Source of the DNA: Eledone cirrhosa
Taxonomy: Eukaryota
DNA length: 64,000 bases
Direction of reading: 5' to 3'
NCBI GenBank assembly: GCA_964016885.1
Contig: OZ024750.1
Coordinates: 9,920,001-9,984,000, forward strand
Shown: in pieces, positions 37,501-53,693 of the stretch
Layout of the letters: every line of letters starts with the position of its first letter
Position numbering within the stretch: position 1 is the first letter of the stretch
Program-made: the position numbers and the translations under genes
Notes under the pieces: model-generated
What the model saw: only the letters and a program-made list of their open reading frames with translations
The model's database searches: none
Told to the model about the DNA's origin: nothing

Positions 37501-40500
37501 ATATATATATAATACATTATACTATATTATAATATAATATATATATATAATACATTATACTATATTATATTATAATATAATATATATATATAATACATTA
37601 TACTATATTATATTATAATATATATATATAATACATTATACTATATTATAATATAATATATATATATAATACATTATACTATATTATATTATAATATAAT
37701 ATATATATATAATACATTATACTATATTATAATATAATATATATATATAATACATTATACTATATTATATTATAATATAATATATATATATAATACATTA
37801 TACTATATTATAATATAATATATATATATAATACATTATACTATATTATATTATAATATAATATATATATATAATACATTATACTATATTATAATATAAT
37901 ATATATATATAATACATTATACTATATTAATTATATATAATATATATATATAATACATTATACTATATTATAATATAATATATATATATAATACATTATA
38001 CTATATTATATTATAATATATATATATAATACATTATACTATATTATATTATAATATATATATATAATACAATATACTATATTATAATATAATATATATA
38101 TATAATACAATATATATATTATAATATATATATAATATAATATACTATATTATATTATAATATAATATATATATATAATACATTATACTATATTATAATA
38201 TAATATATATATATAATACATTATACTATATTATATTATAATATATATATATATAATACATTATACTATATTATAATATAATATATATATATAATACATT
38301 ATACTATATTATAATATAATATATATATATAATACATTATACTATATTATATTATAATATATATATATAATACATTATACTATATTATATTATAATATAA
38401 TATATTATATATATAATACATTATACTATATTATATTATAATATATATATATAATACATTATACTATATTATATAATATATATATATATAATACATTATA
38501 CTATATTATATTATAATATAATATATATATAATACATTATACTATATTATAATATAATATATATATATAATACATTATACTATATTATATTATAATATAA
38601 TATATATATATAATACATTATACTATATTATAATATAATATATATATATAATACATTATACTATATTATATTATAATATAATATATATATATAATACATT
38701 ATACTATATTATATTATAATATATATATATAATACATTATACTATATTATAATATAATATATATATATAATACATTATACTATATTATATTATAATATAA
38801 TATATATATATAATACATTATACTATATTATAATATAATATATATATATAATACATTATACTATATTATATTATAATATAATATATATATATAATACATT
38901 ATACTATATTATAATATAATATATATATATAATACATTATACTATATTATATTATAATATAATATATATATATAATACATTATACTATATTATAATATAA
39001 TATATATATATAATACATTATACTATATTATATTATAATATAATATATATATATAATACATTATACTATATTATATTATAATATATATATATAATACATT
39101 ATACTATATTATAATATAATATATATATATAATACATTATACTATATTATATTATAATATAATATATATATATAATACATTATACTATATTATAATATAA
39201 TATATATATATAATACATTATACTATATTATATTATAATATATATATATATATAATTACATTATACTATATTATAATATAATTATATATATAATACATTA
39301 TACTATATTATATTATATATAATATATATATATAATACATTATACTATATTATAATATAATATATATATATAATACATTATACTATATTATATTATAATA
39401 TATATATAATACATTATACTATATTATATTATAATATATATATATAATACAATATACTATTTATAATATAATATATATATATAATACAATATATATATTA
39501 TAATATATATATAATATAATATACTATATTATATTATAATATAATATATATATAATACATTATACTATATTATAATATAATATATATATATAATACATTA
39601 TACTATATTATATTATAATATATATATATATAATACATTATACTATATTATAATATAATATATATATATAATACATTATACTATATTATAATATAATATA
39701 TATATATAATACATTATACTATATTATATTATAATATATATATATAATACATTATACTATATTATATTATAATATAATATATATATATATAACACATTAT
39801 ACTATATTATATTATAATATATATATATAATACATTATACTATATTATAATATAATATATATATATAATACATTATACTATATTATATTTTAATATATAT
39901 ATATAATACATTATACTATATTATAATATAATATATATATATAATACATTATACTATATTATATTATAATATAATATATATATATAATACATTATACTAT
40001 ATTATAATATAATATATATATATAATACATTATACTATATTATATTATAATATAATATATATATATAATACATTATACTATATTATAATATAATATATAT
40101 ATATAATACATTATACTATATTATATTATAAATAATATATATATATAATACATTATACTATATTATAATATAATATATATATATAATACATTATACTATA
40201 CTATATTATAATATAATATATATATATAATACATTATACTATATTATATTATAATATAATATATATATATAATACATTATACTATATTATATTATAATAT
40301 ATATAATACATTATACTATATTATAATATAATATATATATATAATACATTATACTATATTATATTATAATATAATATATATATATAATACATTATACTAT
40401 ATTATATTATAATATAATATATATATATAATACATTATACTATATTATAATATAATATATATATATAATACATTATACTATATTATATTATAATATAATA

Positions 40501-43500
40501 TATATATATAATACATTATACTATATTATAATATAATATATATATAGTAATACATTATACTATATTATATTATAATATAATATATATATATAATACATTA
40601 TACTATATTATAATATAATATATATATATAATACATTATACTATATTATATTATAATATAATATATATATATAATACATTATACTATATTATAATATAAT
40701 ATATATATATAATACATTATACTATATTATATTATAATATATATATATAATACATTATACTATATTATATTATAATATATATATATAATACAATATACTA
40801 TATTATAATATAATATATATATATAATACAATATATATATTATAATATATATATAATATAATATACTATATTATATTATAATATAATATATATATATAAT
40901 ACATTATACTATATTATAATATAATATATATATATAATACATTATACTATATTATATTATAATATATATATATATATAATACATTATACTATATTATAAT
41001 ATAATATATATATATAATACATTATACTATATTATAATATAATATATATATATAATACATTATACTATATTATATTATAATATATATATATAATACATTA
41101 TACTATATTATATTATAATATAATATATATATATATAATACATTATACTATATTATATTATAATATATATATATAATACATTATACTATATTATAATATA
41201 ATATATATATATAATACATTATACTATATTATATTATAATATAATATATATATATAATACATTATACTATATTATAATATAATATATATATATAATACAT
41301 TATACTATATTATATTATAATATAATATATATATATAATACATTATACTATATTATAATATAATATATATATATAATACATTATACTATATTATATTATA
41401 ATATAATATATATATATAATACATTATACTATATTATATTATAATATATATATATAATACATTATACTATATTATAATATAATATATATATATAATACAT
41501 TATACTATATTATATTATAATATAATATATATATATAATACATTATACTATATTATAATATAATATATATATATAATACATTATACTATATTATATTATA
41601 ATATAATATATATATATATACATTATACTATATTATAATATAATATATATATAATACATTATACTATATATATTATAATATAATATATATATATAATACA
41701 TTATACTATATTATAATATAATATATATATATAATACATTATACTATATTATATTATAATATAATATATATATATAATACATTATACTATATTATATTAT
41801 AATATAATATAGTATAATGTATTATATATTATAATTATAATATAATATAGTATACTGTATTATATATATATATTATATTATAATATAGTATAATGTATAT
41901 ATATATACTATATTATATTATAATATAGTATAATGTATTATATATATTATATTATAATATAATATAGTATAATGTATTATATATATATATTATATTATAA
42001 TATAGTATAATGTATTATATATATATATTATATTATAATATAATATGTTATAATGTATTATATATATATATTATATTATAATATAGTATAATGTATTTAT
42101 ATATATATTATATTATAATATAATATATATATATAATACATTATACTATATTATAATATAATATATATATATAATACATTATACTATATTATATTATAAT
42201 ATAATATATATATAATACATTATACTATATTATAATATAATATATATATATAATACATTATACTATATTATAATATAATATATATATATAATACATTATA
42301 CTATATTATATTATAATATAATATATATATATAATACATTATACTATATTATAATATAATATATATATATAATACATTATACTATATTATATTATAATAT
42401 AATATATATATATAATACATTATACTATATTATAATATAATATATATATATAATACATTATACTATATTATATTATAATATAATATATATATATAATACA
42501 TTATACTATATTATAATATAATATATATATATAATACATTATACTATATTATATTATAATATATATATATAATACATTATACTATATTATATTATAATAT
42601 ATATATATAATACAATATACTATATTATAATATAATATATATATATAATACAATATATATATTATAATATATATATAATATAATATACTATATTATATTA
42701 TAATATAATAATATATATAATACATTATACTATATTATAATATAATATATATATATAATACATTATACTATATTATATTATAATATATATATATATAATA
42801 CATTATACTATATTATAATATAATATATATATAATACATTATACTATATTATAATATAATATATATATATAATACATTATACTATATTATATTATAATAT
42901 ATATATATAATACATTATACTATATTATATTATAATATAATATATATATATAATACATTATACTATATTATATTATAATATATATATATAATACATTATA
43001 CTATATTATAATATAATATATATATATAATACATTATACTATATTATATTATAATATAATATATATATATAATACATTATACTATATTATAATATAATAT
43101 ATATATATAATACATTATACTATATTATATTAATATAATATATATATATAATACATTATACTATATTATAATATAATATATATATATAATACATTATACT
43201 ATATTATATTATAATATATATATATAATACATTATACTATATTATATTATAATATATATATATAATACAATATACTATATTATAATATAATATATATATA
43301 TAATACAATATATATATTATATATATATATAATATAATATACTATATTATATTATAATATAATATATATATATAATACATTATACTATATTATAATATAA
43401 TATATATATATAATACATTATACTATATTATATTATAATATATATATATATAATACATTATACTATATTATAATATAATATATATATAATACATTATACT

Positions 43501-46500
43501 ATATTATAATATAATATATATATATAATACATTATACTATATTATATTATAATATATATATATAATACATTATACTATATTATATTATAATATAATATAT
43601 ATGTATATAATACATTATACTATATTATATTATAATATATTTATATAATACATTATACTATATTATAATATAATATATATATATAATACATTATACTATA
43701 TTATATTATAATATATATATATAATACATTATACTATATTATAATATAATATATATATATAATACATTATACTATATTATATTATAATATATATATATAA
43801 TACATTATACTATATTATAATATAATATATATATATAATACATTATACTATATTATATTATAATATAATATATATATATAATACATTATACTATATTATA
43901 ATATAATATATATATATAATACATTATACTATATTATATTATAATATAATATATATATATAATACATTATACTATATTATAATATAATATATATATATAA
44001 TACATTATACTATATTATATTATAATATAATATATATATATAATACATTATACTATATTATATTATAATATATATATATAATACATTATACTATATTATA
44101 ATATAATATATATATATAATACATTATACTATATTATATTATAATATAATATATATATATAATACATTATACTATATTATAAATATAATATATATATATA
44201 ATACATTATACTATATTATATTATATTATAATATAATATATATATATAATACATTATACTATATTAATATAATATATATATATATATAATACATTATACT
44301 ATATTATATTATAATATAATATATATATATAATACATTATACTATATTATAATATAATATATATATATAATACATTATACTATATTATATTATAATATAA
44401 TATATATATATAATACATTATACTATATTATAATATAATATATATATATAATACATTATACTATATTATATTATAATATATATATATAATACATTATACT
44501 ATATTATATTATAATATATATATATAATACAATATACTATATTATAATATAATATATATATATAATACAATATATATATTATAATATATATATAATATAA
44601 TATACTATATTATATTATAATATAATATATATATATAATACATTATACTATATTATAATATAATATATATATATAATACATTATACTATATTATATTATA
44701 ATATATATATATATAATACATTATACTATATTATAATATAATATATATATATAATACATTATACTATATTATAATATAATATATATATATAATACATTAT
44801 ACTATATTATATTATAATATATATATATAATACATTATACTATATTATATTATAATATAATATATATATATATAATACATTATACTATATTATATTATAA
44901 TATATATATATAATACATTATACTATATTATAATATAATATATATATATAATACATTATACTATATTATATTATAATATAATATATATATATAATACATT
45001 ATACTATATTATAATATAATATATATATATAATACATTATACTATATTATATTATAATATAATATATATATATAATACATTATACTATATTATAATATAA
45101 TATATATATATAATACATTATACTATATTATATTATAATATAATATATATATATAATACATTATACTATATTATATTATAATATATATATATAATACATT
45201 ATACTATATTATAATATAATATATATATATAATACATTATACTATATTATATTATAATATAATATATATATATAATACATTATACTATATTATAATATAA
45301 TATATATATATAATACATTATACTATATTATATTATAATATAATATATATATATAATACATTATACTATATTATAATATAATATATATATATAATACATT
45401 ATACTATATTATATTATAATATAATATATATATATAATACATTATACTATATTATAATATAATATATATATATAATACATTATACTATATTATATTATAA
45501 TATAATATATATATATAATACATTATACTATATTATATTATAATATATATATATAATACATATACTATATTATAATATAATATATATATATAATACATTA
45601 TACTATATTATATTATAATATAATATATATATATAATACATTATACTATATTATAATATAATATATATATATAATACATTATACTATATTATATTATAAT
45701 ATAATATATATATATAATACATTATACTATATTATAATATAATATATATATATAATACATTATACTATATTATATTATAATATAATATATATATATAATA
45801 CATTATACTATATTATAATATAATATATATATATAATACATTATACTATATTATATTATAATATATATATATAATACATTATACTATATTATATTATAAT
45901 ATATATATATAATACAATATACTATATTATAATATAATATATATATATAATACAATATATATATTATAATATATATATAATATAATATACTATATTATAT
46001 TATAATATAATATATATATATAATACATTATACTATATTATAATATAATATATATATATAATACATTATACTATATTATATTAATAATATATATATATAT
46101 AATACATTATACTATATTATAATATAATATATATATATAATACATTATACTATATTATAATATATATATATATAATACATTATACTATATTATATTATAA
46201 TATATATATATAATACATTATACTATATTATATTATAATATAATATATATATATATAACACATTATACTATATTATATTATAATATATATATATAATACA
46301 TTATACTATATTATAATATAATATATATATATAATACATTATACTATATTATATTTTAATATATATATATAATACATTATACTATATTATAATATAATAT
46401 ATATATATAATACATTATACTATATTATATTATAATATAATATATATATATAATACATTATACTATATTATAATATAATATATATATATAATACATTATA

Positions 46501-49500
46501 CTATATTATATTATAATATAATATATATATATAATACATTATACTATATTATAATATAATATATATATATAATACATTATACTATATTATATTATAATAT
46601 AATATATATATATAATACATTATACTATATTATAATATAATATATATATATAATACATTATACTATACTATAATTATAATATAATATATATATATAATAC
46701 ATTATACTATATTATATTATAATATAATATATATATATAATACATTATACTATATTATATTATAATATATATAATACATTATACTATATTATAATATAAT
46801 ATATATATATAATACATTATACTATATTATATTATAATATAATATATATATATAATACATTATACTATATTATATTATAATATAATATATATATATAATA
46901 CATTATACTATATTATAATATAATATATATATATAATACATTATACTATATTATATTATAATATAATATATATATATAATACTTTATACTATATTATAAT
47001 ATAATATATATATATAATACATTATACTATATTATATTATAATATAATATATATATATAATACATTATACTATATTATAATATAATATATATATATAATA
47101 CATTATACTATATTATATTATAATATAATATATATATATAATACATTATACTATATTATAATATAATATATATATATAATACATTATACTATATTATATT
47201 ATAATATATATATATAATACATTATACTATATTATATATAATATATATATATAATACAATATACTATATTATAATATAATATATATATATAATACAATAT
47301 ATATATTATAATATATATATAATATAATATACTATATTATATTATAATATAATATATATATATAATACATTATACTATATTATAATATTAATATATATAT
47401 ATAATACATTATACTATATTATATTATAATATATATATATATAATACATTATACTATATTATAATATAATATATATATATAATACATTATACTATATTAT
47501 AATATAATATATATATATAATACATTATACTATATTATATTATAATATATATATATAATACATTATACTATATTATATTATAATATAATATATATATATA
47601 TAATACATTATACTATATTATATTATAATATATATATATAATACATTATACTATATTATAATATAATATATATATATAATACATTATAATATATATATAT
47701 AATACATTATACTATATTATAATATAATATATATATATAATACATTATACTATATTATATTATAATATAATATATATATATAATACATTATACTATATTA
47801 TAATATAATATATATATATAATACATTATACTATATTATATTATAATATAATATATATATATAATACATTATACTATATTATATTATAATATATATATAT
47901 AATACATTATACTATATTATAATATAATATATATATATAATACATTATACTATATTATATTATAATATAATATATATATATAATACATTATACTATATTA
48001 TAATATAATATATATATATAATACATTATACTATATTATATTATAATATAATATATATATATAATACATTATACTATATTATAATATAATATATATATAT
48101 AATACATTATACTATATTATATTATAATATAATATATATATAATACATTATACTATATTATAATATAATATATATATATAATACATTATACTATATTATA
48201 TTATAATATAATATATATATATAATACATTATACTATATTATATTATAATATAATATATATATATATAACACATTATACTATATTATAATATAATATATA
48301 TATATAATACATTATACTATATTATATTTTAATATATATATATAATACATTATACTATATTATAATATAATATATATATATAATACATTATACTATATTA
48401 TATTATAATATAATATATATATATAATACATTATACTATATTATAATATAATATATATATATAATACATTATACTATATTATATTATAATATAATATATA
48501 TATATAATACATTATACTATATTATAATATAATATATATATATAATACATTATACTATATTATATTATAATATATATATATAATACATTATACTATATTA
48601 TATTATAATATATATATATAATACAATATACTATATTATAATATAATATATATATATAATACAATATATATATTATAATATATATATAATATAATATACT
48701 ATATTATATTATAATATAATATATATATATAATACATTATACTATATTATAATATAATATATATATATAATACATTATACTATATTATATTATAATATAT
48801 ATATATATAATACATTATACTATATTATAATATAATATATATATATAATACATTATACTATATTATAATATAATATATATATATAATACATTATACTATA
48901 TTATATTATAATATATATATATAATACATTATACTATATTATATTATAATATAATATATATATATATAACACATTATACTATATTATATTATAATATATA
49001 TATATAATACATTATACTATATTATAATATAATATATATATAATACATTATACTATATTATATTTTAATATATATATATAATACATTATACTATATTATA
49101 ATATAATATATATATATAATACATTATACTATATTATAATATAATATATATATATAATACATTATACTATATTATATTATAATATAATATATATATATAA
49201 TACATTATACTATATTATAATATAATATATATATATAATACATTATACTATATTATATTATAATATAATATATATATATAATACATTATACTATATTATA
49301 ATATAATATATATATATAATACATTATACTATACTATATTATAATATAATATATATATATAATACATTATACTATATTATATTATAATATAATATATATA
49401 TATAATACATTATACTATATTATATTATAATATATATAATACATTATACTATATTATAATATAATATATATATAATACATTATACTATATTATATTATAA

Positions 49501-50070
49501 TATAATATATATATATAATACATTATACTATATTATAATATAATATATATATATATAATACATTATACTATATTATATTATAATATAATATATATATATA
49601 ATACATTATACTATATTATAATATAATATATATATATAATACATTATACTATATTATATTATAATATAATATATATATATAATACATTATACTATATTAT
49701 ATATAATATATATATATAATACAATATACTATATTATAATATAATATATATATATAATACATTATACTATATTATAATATAATATATATATATAATACAT
49801 TATACTATATTATAATATAATATATATATATAATACATTATACTATATTATATTATAATATATATATATAATACATTATACTATATTATAATATAATATA
49901 TATATATAATATAATATACTATATTATATTATAATATAATATATATATAATACATTATACTATATTATAATATAATATATATATATAAACATATTATATT
50001 ATAATATATATATATATACTATATAATATAATACATATATATATATTATATAATATAATATATAATATAT
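31556..50070. repeat. ~18.5-kb AT-rich satellite, 38/43-bp monomers (AATACATTATACTATATT[ATATT]ATAATATAATATATATATAT)
   Basis: Direct periodicity; about 2 C per monomer and no G on + except in two inverted blocks. Confidence 0.97.
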
Positions 50071-50071
50071 A

Positions 50072-50250
50072 TTGGTTGGCCACTGGTGCAAGAGGGAGTT
50101 CATTGCTGCTGCTCTCAGGTTTCCCCTCGTGCCTTGCTGTGGGATCCTGGATAGCAAGGTGTGGAGATGTTTATTGAAGACATCCTCATCCACACCATGC
50201 AGATCTCTCAGACCCCTCGGCAGCTTGTTAGAGTTGAACCCCAGGCAATA
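50072..50250 (-). mobile_element. LINE ORF2 C-terminal fragment (same family as 27750)
   Basis: NKLPRGLRDLHGVDEDVFNKHLHTLLSRIP...[16 protein letters not shown]. Confidence 0.7.
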
Positions 50251-50273
50251 TCTGTTCCTTATATAATATACAT

Positions 50274-50905
50274 ATAATTGTTTCTACTTTAGGCACAAGG
50301 CCAGCAATTACCCAGTGCATTACTGGTACTTTATTTTATCGACCACGTAAGGATGAAAGGCAAAGTCACCTCGGCGGGATTTGAACTCAGATCGTAAAGG
50401 GACGTAACTATGCTGGAAAGCATGGCGTCCGACTCTCTACCAATACATATATATATATTATATTATATAATTGTTTCTACTTTTGGCACAAGGCCAGTAA
50501 TTACCCAGTGCATATATAATATAATATATAAAATAATATATATATATATATATAGAGGCACATGGTTTAGTGGTTAGAGCATTGGCCTTGCAATCGAAAG
50601 GTTGTGAGTTCAATTCTTAGACCAGGTGATGTGTTGTTTCCTTGAGCAAGACACTTTATTTCACATTTCTACAGCTGAGTAAACTGGAGCAATTAGATGA
50701 TAGGGACTGGGGTTCATATCATTCACTGCAATATATATTTATATATTATATTATATTATTATATATATTATATATTGTTTCCACTTTTGGCACAAGGCCA
50801 GCAATTACTCAGTACATTACTGGTATTTTATTTTATCAACCACGTAAGAATGAAAGGCAAACCCGACAGGATTTGAACTCAGACCGTAAAGGAACGTAAC
50901 TATAC
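50274..50905. mobile_element. SINE cluster (family A on - at 50274, 50468, 50775; family B on + at 50556-50730)
   Basis: Sequence identity to the copies at 62858 and 29687. Confidence 0.82.
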
Positions 50906-53546
50906 TATGCTGGGTTTAAGAGGAATCATTAGTGCTGTGCAAGAGAGAGGATTCCATTAGTATGGACATGGGTAAAAAAGTGCCAGGAAATCTCAGTGGA
51001 AGGAAGACCTGGTCTGAAGAGATGACAGCTTATCTCAAACCACTGTGTGTATATGTATATACACAAGAATATAAGTTCATATATGCTTCTATTCTGAATC
51101 TGTTAATGCTACAACAAATTAAAACTAGGTAGTAGGGGTTAGTTTGTTTACTAAATCGCTGACAGTATTGTCTTCCATACTCAGTAGTAGCTGCAACATG
51201 ATCACAGGTGTGTATGTTTATTATATGCAAACATGTTGTATATAGGTTCATATACACTTTTATACAGGAAAGAACACATAGGTTTATTATTAAACACATT
51301 TTAAATTATGGTATCCAGTCTTTAGTACTTACTTTGGCAATTTCCGCATTCCCTTAGCTGGGTAAATTATCATGATGACTTGTGTAAATAAAGTAAAAGA
51401 CTAAGTTCACAGAATGGCAGGTTTATATTCATGCTGTTGTAAGCACTGTAATCATGGGTTAACACACCTTGATTTGTTTAAAGTCTCAGGCCTATTTAAA
51501 ACGTTTTATTTTATCCATTTATTATACAGTTTAACTTCAGAAAATCATTTACAAGATGAAAGTTAACATGACAATTTCTTATAAAAATATACTTAACCCC
51601 ACAAGTTGCTGTGCTTTTTATTAATGACACATTTTGGAACAGGTTTGTAATAAAATCTAGACAAAAGAAGCAGAGAAAAAAGTGACAAGCAAACGAAAAT
51701 ACTTCAATCTGTTTGACGCACCTCGATGTTCTTGCCAAAAATGGCACATTAAACAATTCCCTATTCTAAACAAAGTTTCCATTTGTATCTCTTGAATTCA
51801 CTATAGAAATTCTTTTAATGGTTTTAGTCGTGAAACTGCAGTCATACTGAAGTGTTGACAGTTTCTCACAAAATTCATTACCAACAACTTTTCTATATTC
51901 GGCAAAACCAAATCAGAACGGTTTCTGATGAAAGTTTAGTCTTGCTAATAGAGGATTTGGAAAATGTTATTAAATTAAAATAAATATAGAAGACAGTAAA
52001 ATAGATTTCTTCTTAGTTATTTTTTTCAACTGAAATGTCACTTGTTTTTAAAATAAATCCAACTGTAATTTAGCACGAATTTAGGAGAAATCTTCAATTC
52101 AATGTGTGTGTGATGTAGTAGAGGTAGAAGTGATGACACAATAGTTTCCCTGTATCTATAATGGTTCCAGCTAGAAAAAACCAGCAAAGCAAAGCTCAAC
52201 CAAAATGATTACATTAAAAGCATCATGGTATTTAGATCAAGTAAATTGAATGAGCAACTTTAATGAAGAATCTTTATTATTTATTTATTTATTTATTTAT
52301 ATAACTCAAATTTATGTAATTTACTTTCTGGTAGTTTGCTCCTTGGTAAAGCTGTCCACCATAAGTTTGTATCTGCTATATCATCTGCATGACTGAAGCA
52401 GCAGATCATTGCAATGTTTGGTTTGTTTGTTTTTCTGTCCAGTCATTCACTAAAACAATGGTATCCTTGTAGACATGACAGTATATATTCAGATGAAAGG
52501 AAGGAGTATGACACTTGTCATCTACATAGGATTTTTATCACATGGGCAGGGGAATAGTAGTAGTAGAGGTGGTCGTGGTAGAAAGAGAGCAGATAATATC
52601 CAGCACACTAATTTTTAAGAGAAAAATAGATTTAAAAGGTGTCTTCTGAGCATTTGTCAGTTGTCAATGAAGAGATCAACAAGGCACTAACAAGATGTAA
52701 AGCTCAGAGTCATATCTTTCAGACTTCTAACGAGAGGTTTTTTTTTCTTTACAAAAATAATAAATAATCAGTAATTTCCACAACCAGAATTTGAAACATT
52801 AGTGGCTGGAATAACAGCAGCAGCAGCTATCAAGAGAAAAATTGTATGTGGTGTATTTATGTATATAATAGGTCTGTGTGTGTATATACACTTGTTTTAT
52901 ATATATACATTATATATACACACACACACACATATAGACATATATATATACATACACATATATATATATACATACGCATCTATACATACATATACACATC
53001 TATATATACATATACACATCTATATATACATATACACATCTATACACATATATACACACATACTTACATATATTACTAGTTAATAGAAAGAAACCAACAT
53101 AAGAAGCAAAGAAGAAAAGTAAAGAAAGAAACAAGGGTAGCAAGTAGGTTGCTATGTGAGGCAGCGAAGTAGTAGTTGGTAGTAGTAGTAGTTTATTATT
53201 GTAGTTGTAGTAGTAGTAGCAGTAGTTGTAGTAGTAGTTGGTAGTGGAGATGAGAAATTCCAGTGATTCAACAAATTAATAACTGCATCATCTTTCAAAT
53301 ATCTCTCAAGACATTTCTTCCTTTCAGCAGAGTCTGGTTAGATTTACCTGGATACCAGGTTTAGTTTCATAAATCAGTGCTCCGATCCATTGACTGCCAT
53401 AACGGTGCTGCTCTCTCTCTCTCTTTCTCTCTCTCTCCCCCATCCCAACTCCAGCAAAAGCCATTGGGCAGCAGGGAATAGAGTCACCCTGCTGAAAAGT
53501 TGATTTCCTTATGATGGATCAGTCTCCCACAAAATAAAAATTAGCG

Positions 53547-53693
53547 TCAGCTTTTATTGGTAGACATTTTTTCATCCACCTCTTTCTTTAAGTTCCAAAT
53601 AAGCTCCTGGATCTCTTGGCGCTTTGAATTAACTTGTTCTTCACTGAACCAGTTAAGTATTCGAATAGGAATGGTGAAGTCTTTTATAGGATT
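53547..53693 (-). CDS. SENP6: SENP6/7 terminal exon (NPIKDF...NWF...KRQEIQELI...*)
   Basis: ttacag acceptor; TGA stop. Confidence 0.93.
   Translation of the reverse strand, partial: NPIKDFTIPIRILNWFSEEQVNSKRQEIQELIWNLKKEVDEKMSTNKS

Noticed and set aside
50932-53546. Small ORFs or an additional gene downstream of SENP
   Set aside because: No splice or homology support; the composition fits a long SENP 3' UTR plus intergenic DNA, and the poly(A) site cannot be placed
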